From assembly GCA_965216635.1 (NCBI GenBank), contig OZ244188.1:1408001-1472000 (forward strand): a stretch of 64,000 nucleotides of DNA. The letters run 5' to 3'. The stretch's first letter is position 1; each line of letters starts with the position of its first letter. The position numbers and the translations under genes are program-made. This DNA is from a bacterium (lineage in GTDB: Bacteria; SAR324; XYD2-FULL-50-16; G965216635). The notes below the pieces were generated by a model. It searched no databases, had not been told where the DNA came from, and saw only the letters and a program-made list of their open reading frames with translations. This document shows positions 40,830 to 50,286 of the stretch, in pieces.

Positions 40830-42574
40830 TGTATTTTCAATCTATCAAGGAAGAACTTCAAAGATATATTCAAAAGATTTTTCCAGAAGTTGTAGTTTCT
40901 AATTCTTTTCGTTTACACAAACCTCCCCATTCAGAATTAGGGCATTTTGCTTATGGCTGTTTTCCAATAGCTAAAACTCTACAAAAAAAACCCGCCCAAA
41001 TTGCAGAAAAACTCGCGAGCGAACAAAAAAAAAATTCCTTTCAGTGGATAGATTTTTTACAAAACGAGGCAGCTTATCTAAATATCTTTTTAAATTTTCA
41101 AAAATTAGGAGGAGCACTTTTAACAGAAATTCGTAATAATTCTGATTATACTAAAAACGAACTAGGTAAAGGGAAGCAGGTAATGGTTGAATTTTCATCG
41201 CCCAATACCAATAAACCGATGCATCTGGGACACGCCCGTAATAACGCTATAGGTTTTTCTTTAGCAAAAATCTTGGAATATTCTAGTTATGAAGTCATCA
41301 AAACCAATCTTATCAACGACAGAGGAATTCATATTTGCCAATCTATGCTCGCCTATCATCTTTGGGGAGAAAATAGCGAACCTAAAAAAGTAAAAAAAAA
41401 AGGAGATCATTTTGTAGGAGATTTTTATACTCTATTTCATAAAAAATATAAAGAAGATGCTTCATTAAAAGAAAAAACTCAAACTTGGCTACAAAAATGG
41501 GAACAAGGCGATGAAAAAATTTTGGCTCTTTGGCAAAAAATGAAAAATTGGGTAATGGAAGGTTTCCAAGAAACTTATCAGAGATGCGGAGTAAATTTTG
41601 ATAGATTTTATTTTGAAAGTGAAACTTATCTTTTGGGAAAAAAAGAAGTTAAAACAGCCCTAAAAAAAAAAATCTGCGTTCAAAATACTGATGGTAGTAT
41701 TACCATAGATCTGGAAAAAGAAAATTTAGGAACGAAAGTTTTGCTTCGTTCTGATGGAACAGGAGTCTACACTACCCAAGATATTGGCACAACAATTCAA
41801 AAGTTCAAAGACTATCCAAAACTTAAAAAATGTTTTTTTGTAGTTGGCAACGAGCAGTTACTCCATTTAAAAATCCTTTTTATGGTGCTAAAAGAATTTG
41901 GTTACGACTGGGCTGATTCTTGTCAACATATTAGCTACGGCATGATTCATTTGCCCGAGGGTAAGATGAAATCCAGAGAAGGCAAGGTAGTAGATTTAGA
42001 CAATTTAATAGACGAAGTAGGAGAATTGGCTTTAGCTGAATTGAAAAAAAGAGAGCATCTCAGTCGCAGCCAAGAAGAATTAGAATATACAGCAGAAAAA
42101 GTGGCACTCGCTGCGATTAAGTATTTTATTTTACGAACAACAATTCATAAAGATTTTGTTTTTGATAAAAAACAATCCCTTTCTTTTGAAGGAGATACAG
42201 GTCCCTATTTACAATATAGCTATGCTAGAATCTGCTCTTTATTGAAAAAAGCAGGTTTGGCTACTGAAAAAGATTTGGCTAAAAAAGATTTGTTTGTTGG
42301 GCAGACAAAATGGAACGAAGAAGAAATACAACTTTTGCTCACCTTTTTGAGTTTTCCCAAAGCGATAGAAAAATCTTGTTTAGAGCTAAATCCTAGCTTA
42401 ATAGCGGCGGCTACTTACGATATTTGCAGAAAATTCAATAAATTTTATTACGAAAATCCAGTATTAGAAGACAAAGAAAACAAAGAAAAAAGATTGCTAT
42501 TGGTTTTTTGTACCCAAAAAATTTTGAAAAATGCTCTGGAGATACTGGGTATTTTTCCTTTAGAAAAAATGTGA
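40829..42574 (+). CDS. argS: Arginine--tRNA ligase
   Basis: EFSSPNTNKPMHLGH, KMKSREG, GDTGPYLQY. Confidence 0.97.
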   Translation: MYFQSIKEELQRYIQKIFPEVVVSNSFRLHKPPHSELGHFAYGCFPIAKTLQKKPAQIAEKLASEQKKNSFQWIDFLQNEAAYLNIFLNFQKLGGALLTEIRNNSDYTKNELGKGKQVMVEFSSPNTNKPMHLGHARNNAIGFSLAKILEYSSYEVIKTNLINDRGIHICQSMLAYHLWGENSEPKKVKKKGDHFVGDFYTLFHKKYKEDASLKEKTQTWLQKWEQGDEKILALWQKMKNWVMEGFQETYQRCGVNFDRFYFESETYLLGKKEVKTALKKKICVQNTDGSITIDLEKENLGTKVLLRSDGTGVYTTQDIGTTIQKFKDYPKLKKCFFVVGNEQLLHLKILFMVLKEFGYDWADSCQHISYGMIHLPEGKMKSREGKVVDLDNLIDEVGELALAELKKREHLSRSQEELEYTAEKVALAAIKYFILRTTIHKDFVFDKKQSLSFEGDTGPYLQYSYARICSLLKKAGLATEKDLAKKDLFVGQTKWNEEEIQLLLTFLSFPKAIEKSCLELNPSLIAAATYDICRKFNKFYYENPVLEDKENKEKRLLLVFCTQKILKNALEILGIFPLEKM

Positions 42575-42703
42575 CCATCCATTATCTGTTGCGCCCAAAA
42601 TTTTCAAAATAGCTAAAGATATTTGGTATTTTTCCTTTAGAAAAAATGTGACCATCCATTATCTGTTGCGTCCAAAATTTTCAAAATAGCTAAAGATATT
42701 TGG
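42548..42703. repeat. 77-bp tandem duplication spanning the argS 3' end and the RM gene 3' end
   Basis: Units 42548-42624 and 42625-42701, one mismatch. Confidence 0.95.
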
Positions 42704-45137
42704 AATAGGGCAGAGATTTGATATAATTTTCCATAAAAGCAAAATCAGGAATTCTTTCTTTTTTTTCGTCCACAGTATAGGGCAAGTAAATTGTATTTAA
42801 TTTCATTCTTTTCTGTGATCTTTTTCTACTAAAAGAGTACCTAAACATCTCAATATTTAAGATAGTGATAAAATATATTCCAAAATATTTATTGAGAGTA
42901 AAATTTTTAGGTTCTAGGATTTCTACATGATCAGAACCTACAAAATTTTTTTCTTGGTAAAAACATTTTCCCTCTGTAGCACTATCAAAGGTTATCACAT
43001 TACCTTTTTCTGTAAATATATCCGAAGTCCCAGAAAAACCATTATTTTGATTTGAAGTGGTTATATAAAAATAATCTCCATCTTTGATTTGGTGTTGTGT
43101 AAAGCTCTTTTTTGAGCCTCTTATTTCAAATAAATCTTTAATTGCAAATTCTTCAAATTTTGTATTCTTAATATCTACATGGAAATTTTGAAAACTTTTG
43201 CTATCTATTCCATTTTTCAATAAAATCTCCATAAAAGACAATTCATCTATTTTTTTGTCTATTAATTTGAAACTGAATTTTATTTTAAATACTAAGTATT
43301 CTTTCAAATTCAAAGTAAAATTTTTTTTTTCTAGTTTTGAATAATCAGTTTTAGAATGGGCTTGAATAATCCATTCTTTGTTTTTTAGGATAGGTGTTTT
43401 AACAAAATGTAAATCATCCACAAATTTAGTAGGGTTTTTTAATTCGTTTAATAGACTAGTTTTGATATCTTGCCACTGGTTTAAAATATCTGTTCTTCCT
43501 TTTTGTTTAGAAAGGACATAACCATCTTCTTTCAAATCATAAAGTAAAACTTCTTTATTATTGTGTGGTAAATGAGTTTCAAAAACGGCTATAGCTGTAT
43601 GTGTAGAAGCATTGGGTTGGAATATCTCACTCGGCATGTTGATAACATATTTTAGAGTATGTTTTTCTAAAATTTTATTTCTTTGAACATCCTCTTTAAA
43701 ATAAGTGGACAAAGGAGCAATAATAATCCCATAGCGACTGCAAGAATCTAAAAGTTTTTGCAAAAATTGTATTTCTTTTTTAGTTGGATTTTTGGTGTTG
43801 TCCTGTCCTCCGTAAGGAGGATTGATAAAACCAATAGTTGGTTTAATTTTTTTTAAAATTTTATCTGCTTCTTGATCAAAACAGTCTATATGATAAATTT
43901 GAGATTTTCCGTCTCCTCTAAAAAGCATATTAGAAATAGACAAGGAAAACATCGTTGGGTTTTTCTCAAATCCTAGGAGTTGATTTTCTTTCACTTTACT
44001 CTCTAATTCTTGTTTGTTGGGAATACTAGAATTTTCAAGTAACTCCAAAATTTTATGCATCCCAGCAACTAAAAAAGCACCTGTGCCGCAGCAAAGATCA
44101 AAAATAATATCATTTGCCTTGACGTCTATTAATTCGGTAAAAAGCTCCGTTATGTGTCTAGGCGTTAAGACAATTCCATTTTTCACATTGGTCATTCCTG
44201 CATACTTTAAAAATTCTTCATAAAATTTTCCGATAATATCATAATTGGTATTGGTTGAAAATAAAGGAAGAACATTGTCTTCTAATTCTATAAGTATTTT
44301 GTTTAAGAGATCTGTATTTGCAATATCCAAATCGTCTTTGATAGCGTAAGAAAACTGATTTTTTAGGATTTCAATTTTTTCATTTGCTATTCTTTCTACT
44401 TTTAAAACCAACTCTATCCTCAAAGGAATATTATGGATTATGGTCTCAGGAGACCAGCTAGAAAAGTTATGCTTAAAATCATTTTGTAGTTTTTCTTTTT
44501 CAAATAGGCAAATCATTAGAGAACTCAAAATAATCGGTCTTTTTTGGCTATCCATGTTTCTTAGTAACCGATTGATTTTACTAGATGATTCGGAAATTTT
44601 TGTTACAATTTCCTCTGTATCAATATTTTCAAATAAAGCTAAATAATCTTTTTCATTTAAGATATTGTTATTGTTGATATCCTGTATTTTTCCGTTTTCC
44701 TTTTTAACAATAAAAGATTGTATTAAGTGGTTATATTCAACTTCAATGTTTCCAGAAACTGCTAAGCCTAAAATTTTCCATTTTTCAAAATAGCTTTGTA
44801 TTGTTTTTTCTTGTTTTTGGAGGTGTTCCTTTGTAAAAAAAGAAAGATAGTGCAGAATACCATCTACGGCGTAAATCGTAGGTTTATCTCTTTTTTCTGA
44901 ATTATGATCTTTTATAGAATCCTTGTTTTCTATAAGAATGAGTAGTTTTTTATTCTCATTGACATAGATAAAATCGGGTTCACCTCTTTCCCTAGTGTTT
45001 TTTTTGCTCGCTTGACTTAAAATTTCGGCAATAAACCTATTGTTCGTTTTTTTTACTTCCCATTGATTAGAAAATTCTCTTTTTTCTTTAAGGAAATTAA
45101 ACAAAACAATATCTTTTTGGCTTTCGTTTTTCACCAT
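42690..45137 (-). CDS. Fused restriction-modification enzyme (type IIG/BcgI-like: nuclease + N6 MTase + specificity domain)
   Basis: PD..ENK N-terminus, LTPRHI, DLCCGTGAFL, NPPY, C-terminal TRD-like region ending PDFAFMENYIKSLPY. Confidence 0.85.
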   Translation of the reverse strand: MVKNESQKDIVLFNFLKEKREFSNQWEVKKTNNRFIAEILSQASKKNTRERGEPDFIYVNENKKLLILIENKDSIKDHNSEKRDKPTIYAVDGILHYLSFFTKEHLQKQEKTIQSYFEKWKILGLAVSGNIEVEYNHLIQSFIVKKENGKIQDINNNNILNEKDYLALFENIDTEEIVTKISESSSKINRLLRNMDSQKRPIILSSLMICLFEKEKLQNDFKHNFSSWSPETIIHNIPLRIELVLKVERIANEKIEILKNQFSYAIKDDLDIANTDLLNKILIELEDNVLPLFSTNTNYDIIGKFYEEFLKYAGMTNVKNGIVLTPRHITELFTELIDVKANDIIFDLCCGTGAFLVAGMHKILELLENSSIPNKQELESKVKENQLLGFEKNPTMFSLSISNMLFRGDGKSQIYHIDCFDQEADKILKKIKPTIGFINPPYGGQDNTKNPTKKEIQFLQKLLDSCSRYGIIIAPLSTYFKEDVQRNKILEKHTLKYVINMPSEIFQPNASTHTAIAVFETHLPHNNKEVLLYDLKEDGYVLSKQKGRTDILNQWQDIKTSLLNELKNPTKFVDDLHFVKTPILKNKEWIIQAHSKTDYSKLEKKNFTLNLKEYLVFKIKFSFKLIDKKIDELSFMEILLKNGIDSKSFQNFHVDIKNTKFEEFAIKDLFEIRGSKKSFTQHQIKDGDYFYITTSNQNNGFSGTSDIFTEKGNVITFDSATEGKCFYQEKNFVGSDHVEILEPKNFTLNKYFGIYFITILNIEMFRYSFSRKRSQKRMKLNTIYLPYTVDEKKERIPDFAFMENYIKSLPYSKYL

Positions 45138-45359
45138 AATAAATTTTTTGTAAAAAATAGATAAAATTTAAATACTACCAGTTGCTAAAAATTTTATATT
45201 CTAATAAAAATTATAGCAAGCAGAATGTTCATCTAAAAATTTATTCACCTGTTACTAAATTAGAATAAATATTATGGTATAGGACATAATAAAAAAAATA
45301 TTGCATAAAACCTTTTTTTATTTTAATTAGGCAAGAATTCACTTTATCTAAAAAAAATA

Positions 45360-46280
45360 TTGAAAAAATTCACAGAAGACAAAAAATACACCTACAGTTT
45401 TTGGGTTGTTCTTTTTGCTGGTTTGGTTTGGAGTTTTGGTGCTGTTGTAGTAAAAAATATGGAAAATCCTCGTGATTTTTTGTGGGAATATCTTGTAATG
45501 CGAGGATTAAGCATTTCTTTTTTCTTGTTATTTTTTCTGTTACTTCGCAGAGGTACGAAAATTTTTCATAGTTTTCAAAGAATACAAAAATCTTCTTTTA
45601 TAGGTGCTGCTTGTTTGAGTATTGCTTTTATTGGGTTTATTGCATCCATCACCAGCACAACGGCAGCGGTTACTCTGTTTATGATAGCTGTGATGCCTTT
45701 TTTAGCTACTTTGTTAGGATTTGCGATTTTGCAAGAAAAACTCAAAACTACAACGATGGTTGCGATGTGTATTACTTTTTTAGGGGTTTTGGTGATGATA
45801 GGCAGCGAATTTCAAACAGGAACAGTAGGAGGGGCTCTTTTTGGATTACTTTCTTCTTTAGGATTTGCAGGCTATACTATCAGTCTACGGTGGAAACCAA
45901 AAACTCCAAAATTGGCAACAATAATTCTTTCAGGTTTTATTTGTGCTATTTTATCTTTTTTGGTGCTTTTGGTTTTAAAAGGTCATTTTGAATGGGTTGT
46001 AAAAAATATTCGCTTAAGTATACTGCACGGATGGATTATAGCTTTAGGGTTAATGTGTTTTAACTTAGGAGCCAAAAGATTACCGGCAGCAGAGGTAGGT
46101 CTACTATCTCTTACAGAAATTGCTTTTGGGATACTGTGGGTTTGGCTTCCTTTTTTTGGAATTCAAGAAACCAATAGTTTTAGCACCCTATTGGGAGGAT
46201 TGATTATTGTGGGTGGCATTGTTTTTTATGCACTGGGTGCTAATAAAAAGATAATTATTAGATACCACAATTATAAATAA
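45360..46280 (+). CDS. DMT/EamA family transporter
   Basis: About 10 TM helices, LPAAEVGLLSLTE. Confidence 0.88.
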   Translation: MKKFTEDKKYTYSFWVVLFAGLVWSFGAVVVKNMENPRDFLWEYLVMRGLSISFFLLFFLLLRRGTKIFHSFQRIQKSSFIGAACLSIAFIGFIASITSTTAAVTLFMIAVMPFLATLLGFAILQEKLKTTTMVAMCITFLGVLVMIGSEFQTGTVGGALFGLLSSLGFAGYTISLRWKPKTPKLATIILSGFICAILSFLVLLVLKGHFEWVVKNIRLSILHGWIIALGLMCFNLGAKRLPAAEVGLLSLTEIAFGILWVWLPFFGIQETNSFSTLLGGLIIVGGIVFYALGANKKIIIRYHNYK

Positions 46281-46282
46281 AA

Positions 46283-46424
46283 GAGACTATTGAATTAGAC
46301 ATTCTAGTTCAGCTATACTGCGTTGCTCAAATTTTTTATCACTCAAAATACTTCAGTATTCCTCTTGGTAAAAAATTTTTGCGCCTTGTCTAGCTTTCCT
46401 ATAATGCCTGATTCAACAGTCTCT
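46283..46424. mobile_element. Complete MITE-like element, divergent subtype
   Basis: agagactattgaattagacatt ... aatgcctgattcaacagtctct; core ctgcgttg..aatacttcagtatt..gccttg. Confidence 0.85.
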
Positions 46425-46437
46425 AAAAACCTTTAAA

Positions 46438-47019
46438 ATGATAAAAATTCTTGTTCTAGACAACTACGATTCCTTCACCTACAACCTAGTCCATCTTGTC
46501 AAAGAATTAGGTTTTGGTGAAAACTTGGATGTCTGTCGCAACGATAAAATTGCTTTAGCAGAAGTTTCAAAATACAGTAAAATTTTAATTTCTCCGGGAC
46601 CTGGATTGCCGAACGAATCAGGGATTATGATGGAATTGATTCAAAAATACGCTCCCCAAAAAAGTATTTTAGGGATCTGTTTGGGTCATCAAGGAATTTG
46701 TGAATCCTTTGGAGCCAAACTATTCAATATGAAAGAAGTAGTGCACGGTCAAAGCAAATTTACTGAAATTACGGATAAGGACGAGCTTTTATTTAAAGAT
46801 CTGCCTACAAAATTCATGACAGGCAGGTATCATTCTTGGAGCGTTTTAGAAAATTCTATCCCTGAAAATTTACAGATTACAGCGAAAAGTGAAGATGGTA
46901 TTGTAATGGGAGTAAGCCATAAAAAATTTTCTCTTAAAGGTTTGCAGTTTCATCCTGAATCCATTTTAACAGAGCACGGAAAAACGATTATTAACAATTG
47001 GTTGAACTTAACCGATTGA
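46438..47019 (+). CDS. trpG: Anthranilate synthase component II
   Basis: DNYDSFTYNL, SPGPG, GICLGHQ, QFHPES; upstream of trpD. Confidence 0.93.
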   Translation: MIKILVLDNYDSFTYNLVHLVKELGFGENLDVCRNDKIALAEVSKYSKILISPGPGLPNESGIMMELIQKYAPQKSILGICLGHQGICESFGAKLFNMKEVVHGQSKFTEITDKDELLFKDLPTKFMTGRYHSWSVLENSIPENLQITAKSEDGIVMGVSHKKFSLKGLQFHPESILTEHGKTIINNWLNLTD

Positions 47020-47035
47020 AACATTTGAATTAAAA

Positions 47036-48019
47036 ATGAAAAAAATCCTCAATCACCTCTTCGCAGGACAAACACTTACAAAAAAAGAAGCAAAATCTAT
47101 TTTGCTAGAAATAGGGCAGGGCAAACACAATAACTCGCAAATAACCTCCTTCTTAACTGTTTTTTGTGTCAGAAGTATTCAAGCAGAAGAATTGAACGGT
47201 TTTAAAGAGGCAATGCTAGAGCTTGCTTTATCAGTGGATTTGAAAGAATACCAAGCGATGGATATTGCGGGCACTGGTGGCGATGAAAAAAATTCTTTCA
47301 ATATCTCTACCGCGTCTGCTTTCGTTATGGCTGGTAGCGGTATTTTTGTAACAAAGCACGGTAACTACGGAGGTTCTTCTAATTGTGGCTCTTCCAATCT
47401 GCTGGAATATTTCGGAGCCAAATTTTCTAACAAAGAAGAGGAATTAAAAAATATGCTAGATAAAGCAAGTTTTTGTATGCTACACGCTCCATTGTTTCAC
47501 CCTGCTATGAAGTATGTAGCACCTATTAGAAAAGAATTACAGGTTCGCACTTTTTTTAATATGCTAGGTCCACTAATTAACCCAAGCGCTCCTAAAGTGC
47601 ATTTTTTGGGGGTTTATAATTTAGAATTAGCGAGACTCTATTCTTATATATTTCAAGATTCTGGAATGGATTACGCCATAATCCATTCTCTAGATGGTTA
47701 TGATGAGATCTCTTTAACCTCAGAGATAAAAATTTTTGATAAAAAAGGCGAAACTATCCTCAATCCCGCAGATTTTGGTTTTTCTACAGTGCAACAAAAA
47801 GAACTCGTAGGCGGTAATATAGAAGCTAGTGCAAAAATTTTCACAGCTATTCTGCAAAATGAGGCTACAGAAGTGCAAAAAAATGTTGTTTTAGCCAATG
47901 CTGGAATGGCTATCAAACTCTACAAAGGCAATATATCTTTAGCCGAAGGAATAGATATAGCAAAAGAATCCTTAGAGTCAGGTAAAGCTCTTACTTCTTT
48001 TAAGGCATTTGTTGATTAA
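47036..48019 (+). CDS. trpD: Anthranilate phosphoribosyltransferase
   Basis: GTGGD..FNIST, KHGN, RTFFNMLGPL.NP, DGYDEIS. Confidence 0.96.
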   Translation: MKKILNHLFAGQTLTKKEAKSILLEIGQGKHNNSQITSFLTVFCVRSIQAEELNGFKEAMLELALSVDLKEYQAMDIAGTGGDEKNSFNISTASAFVMAGSGIFVTKHGNYGGSSNCGSSNLLEYFGAKFSNKEEELKNMLDKASFCMLHAPLFHPAMKYVAPIRKELQVRTFFNMLGPLINPSAPKVHFLGVYNLELARLYSYIFQDSGMDYAIIHSLDGYDEISLTSEIKIFDKKGETILNPADFGFSTVQQKELVGGNIEASAKIFTAILQNEATEVQKNVVLANAGMAIKLYKGNISLAEGIDIAKESLESGKALTSFKAFVD

Positions 48020-48069
48020 AAGAGAAACAAAAGGAACGGGTGCTTTTTTTAGGGAATTTCTACAATTTC

Positions 48070-48576
48070 AAAAAAAAACAAATGCGTTGCGGGGAGGCAT
48101 TTTTTTATTTTATGTAGGTCTGTAGAGACGTCCTATATGGGCGTCTCATAAATTTAGAACGTTTATTAAAAACAGCTTTTTGTGGTTTATGCACATCGTA
48201 TAAGACGTCCTATATGGGCGTCTCATAAATTTAGAACGTTTATTAAAATATGTAGGTCTGTAGAGACGTCCTATATGGGCGTCTCATAAATTTAGAACGT
48301 TTATTAAAAACAGCTTTTTTGTGGTTTATGCACATCGTATGAGACGCCCTATATGGGCGTCTCATAAATTTAGAACGTTTATTAAAATATGTAGGTCTGT
48401 AGAGACGTCCTATATGGGCGTCTCATAAATTTAGAACGTTTATTAAAATATGTAGGTCTGTAGAGACGTCCTATATGGGCGTCTCATAAATTTAGAACGT
48501 TTATTAAAAACAGTTTTTTGTGGTTTATGCACATCGTATAAGACGCCCTGTAGGGCGTCTCTACATGTTATGCTAT
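48070..48576. repeat. REP-like palindrome array 1 (7 palindromes)
   Basis: gagacgYcc-tatat-gggcgtctc hairpins at 48125, 48202, 48263, 48341, 48402, 48463, 48540 separated by two recurring linkers. Confidence 0.93.
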
Positions 48577-48600
48577 AAAATTCCCTGCAGTTTTTTTTTC

Positions 48601-49956
48601 TTAAAAACTCAAGTGGAGGGAGATGCTGATGACGAGTGGGGCTTTGAGCTCGGCATCGGTTTCGGTGGTTGTTTCTGTCTGAGTTTCTGATCCTGCTGGA
48701 ATCTGGACTTTGTTTATATTTACAGTTCTGATGCGGACTTGGGTTACTTCTATTCTGTAATCCAAATTTGCGAACTCAATGAACTCGAATTTGGTGTTAC
48801 CTCCGCCAGAAAATCTACTGGAACTTCCAATTGTTGCTGAATCTCTTGCAGTCTGTGTTTTGGTATCTTCGCCTATGGGAAAAAGATCAAGAGCAGGAGT
48901 CACATCCGTAACCGTAGCCGTAGTCGTATGGTTTAGAGAAACCCCCGAGATATACTTCGTCAATCCGAAATTAAGCGATAGGTTGGGAGTTAAGTTCTGC
49001 TTATAGCCGACTTGAATCACGGGACTAGTAGCAGAGGCGCTGGTTGAACCGTTGGCAGAATTGGTAAGCTTCATACTCGCTAGACCGCCTCCTACAAAAA
49101 GACCCTTGTTGACAAAATAATCCGCCATAACTAGCGTATTGGCGAGCTCGTTATCTCCCCCCTTGCCAGTGAAGTGAGTCAAGGAGGCTCTCCATTTTTC
49201 CCACCTAAAGCCGAATTGCAAGCCAATACCTGAGAGTTGATCGCTCTTGCTACTAGTGATTGCTGTTGGATCCTCAGGTACAGAAGTTGGAGTCGGAGCT
49301 GAATCTGGAGTCGCAATCTGATAGTTTGGAATAGAGCTTCTATCGGAGGAAAGATCACCGAAAAAGTAGCTATAACAATGGGATTTTTCCTCTGTTCCCT
49401 TTCCTGTAGGAAAGGGACCTAAAGCAGAATTTGATAAAGTTACAGTAGCATCATTCAAAGGATTATTAATATCAGTTGTAGACGGTTTCGCACCACGGTC
49501 AAAGGAAACAAAATTATTATTTTCGAAATAGTATGAATCAACACTTGTTGTTTTACCATCTTTACAGTTTGCCTCTACTAAAGCTCCGACTCCATTTGCT
49601 ATTTCAGGAGACCAGGTAGGATTCCCACTGGTTACGACTATAGAAGTTGCGTCTGAAGAGCCAGTAATTCTATAGCCTGTAGTAATAGAGTCAGTGATGG
49701 TTGTGATATTTGTGGTGACAAGTGTTGTGGTATCCACTTTAAAACCATTCAGATAGACAATACCAACGAAAAATCCCAGCTTGCTGCTTCCATTCGCTTG
49801 GGCTTGCAGATTACTGCCTCCAAAAGTAAAGGCACTCCCTATAAGAAGAGCGGGAATAAGAATAGCTACCAAAACGAAACGAGCCAAAACGAAACGAGCC
49901 AAAATAAAACGAACAGCGAAAGTTTTCCTTAAAACTTGGGAATTTGTGTTTTTCAT
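48601..49956 (-). CDS. Outer-membrane beta-barrel protein with two variable inserts (putative adhesin), paralog 2
   Basis: Same signal peptide, YLNGFKVD, KSD.LSGIGLQFG...YISGVSL block and ELKAPLVISIS.HLSF end as paralog 1. Confidence 0.75.
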   Translation of the reverse strand: MKNTNSQVLRKTFAVRFILARFVLARFVLVAILIPALLIGSAFTFGGSNLQAQANGSSKLGFFVGIVYLNGFKVDTTTLVTTNITTITDSITTGYRITGSSDATSIVVTSGNPTWSPEIANGVGALVEANCKDGKTTSVDSYYFENNNFVSFDRGAKPSTTDINNPLNDATVTLSNSALGPFPTGKGTEEKSHCYSYFFGDLSSDRSSIPNYQIATPDSAPTPTSVPEDPTAITSSKSDQLSGIGLQFGFRWEKWRASLTHFTGKGGDNELANTLVMADYFVNKGLFVGGGLASMKLTNSANGSTSASATSPVIQVGYKQNLTPNLSLNFGLTKYISGVSLNHTTTATVTDVTPALDLFPIGEDTKTQTARDSATIGSSSRFSGGGNTKFEFIEFANLDYRIEVTQVRIRTVNINKVQIPAGSETQTETTTETDAELKAPLVISISLHLSF

Positions 49957-49990
49957 AATTATTTGTAATTAAAAGTTAGTATTAAAATAA

Positions 49991-50019
49991 AAATTAACAT
50001 AAAAAAACAATAATAGCAA
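49991..50019 (-). promoter_or_regulatory. Putative sigma70 promoter of OMP paralog 2
   Basis: TTGCTA-17 nt-TAATTT at the same position as in paralog 1. Confidence 0.5.
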
Positions 50020-50043
50020 ACTATTGGTTGTTGGCAGTTTTTT

Positions 50044-50286
50044 ATAGACCTTTGAATTTGCGTTATGTGACGGCTAGGCAAGGCAAAAAAAAATTTTAGC
50101 TCGCAGGAATATATGTAATATTTCAAGAGTTAAAATTTTTTTTTAATGGCGTAGTAAAAAACACTATAAACCTTGCATTAAGCAAGAATGAACTGTGAAA
50201 CAGCCCTTTGGCTGTTTCACAAATAGCCCACAAAAAGCGTCAAGCAATAAGCTTGTTTTGGCTAAACAGAACGCTAATTCAAAAGT
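50044..50286. mobile_element. MITE-like element, near-identical to 9694-9938, inserted upstream of OMP paralog 2
   Basis: Direct comparison; flanked by AGTTTTTTAT direct repeats. Confidence 0.9.

Noticed and set aside
7005..49956. Diversity-generating retroelement acting on the OMP paralogs
   Set aside because: No reverse transcriptase, and the differences are not adenine-specific
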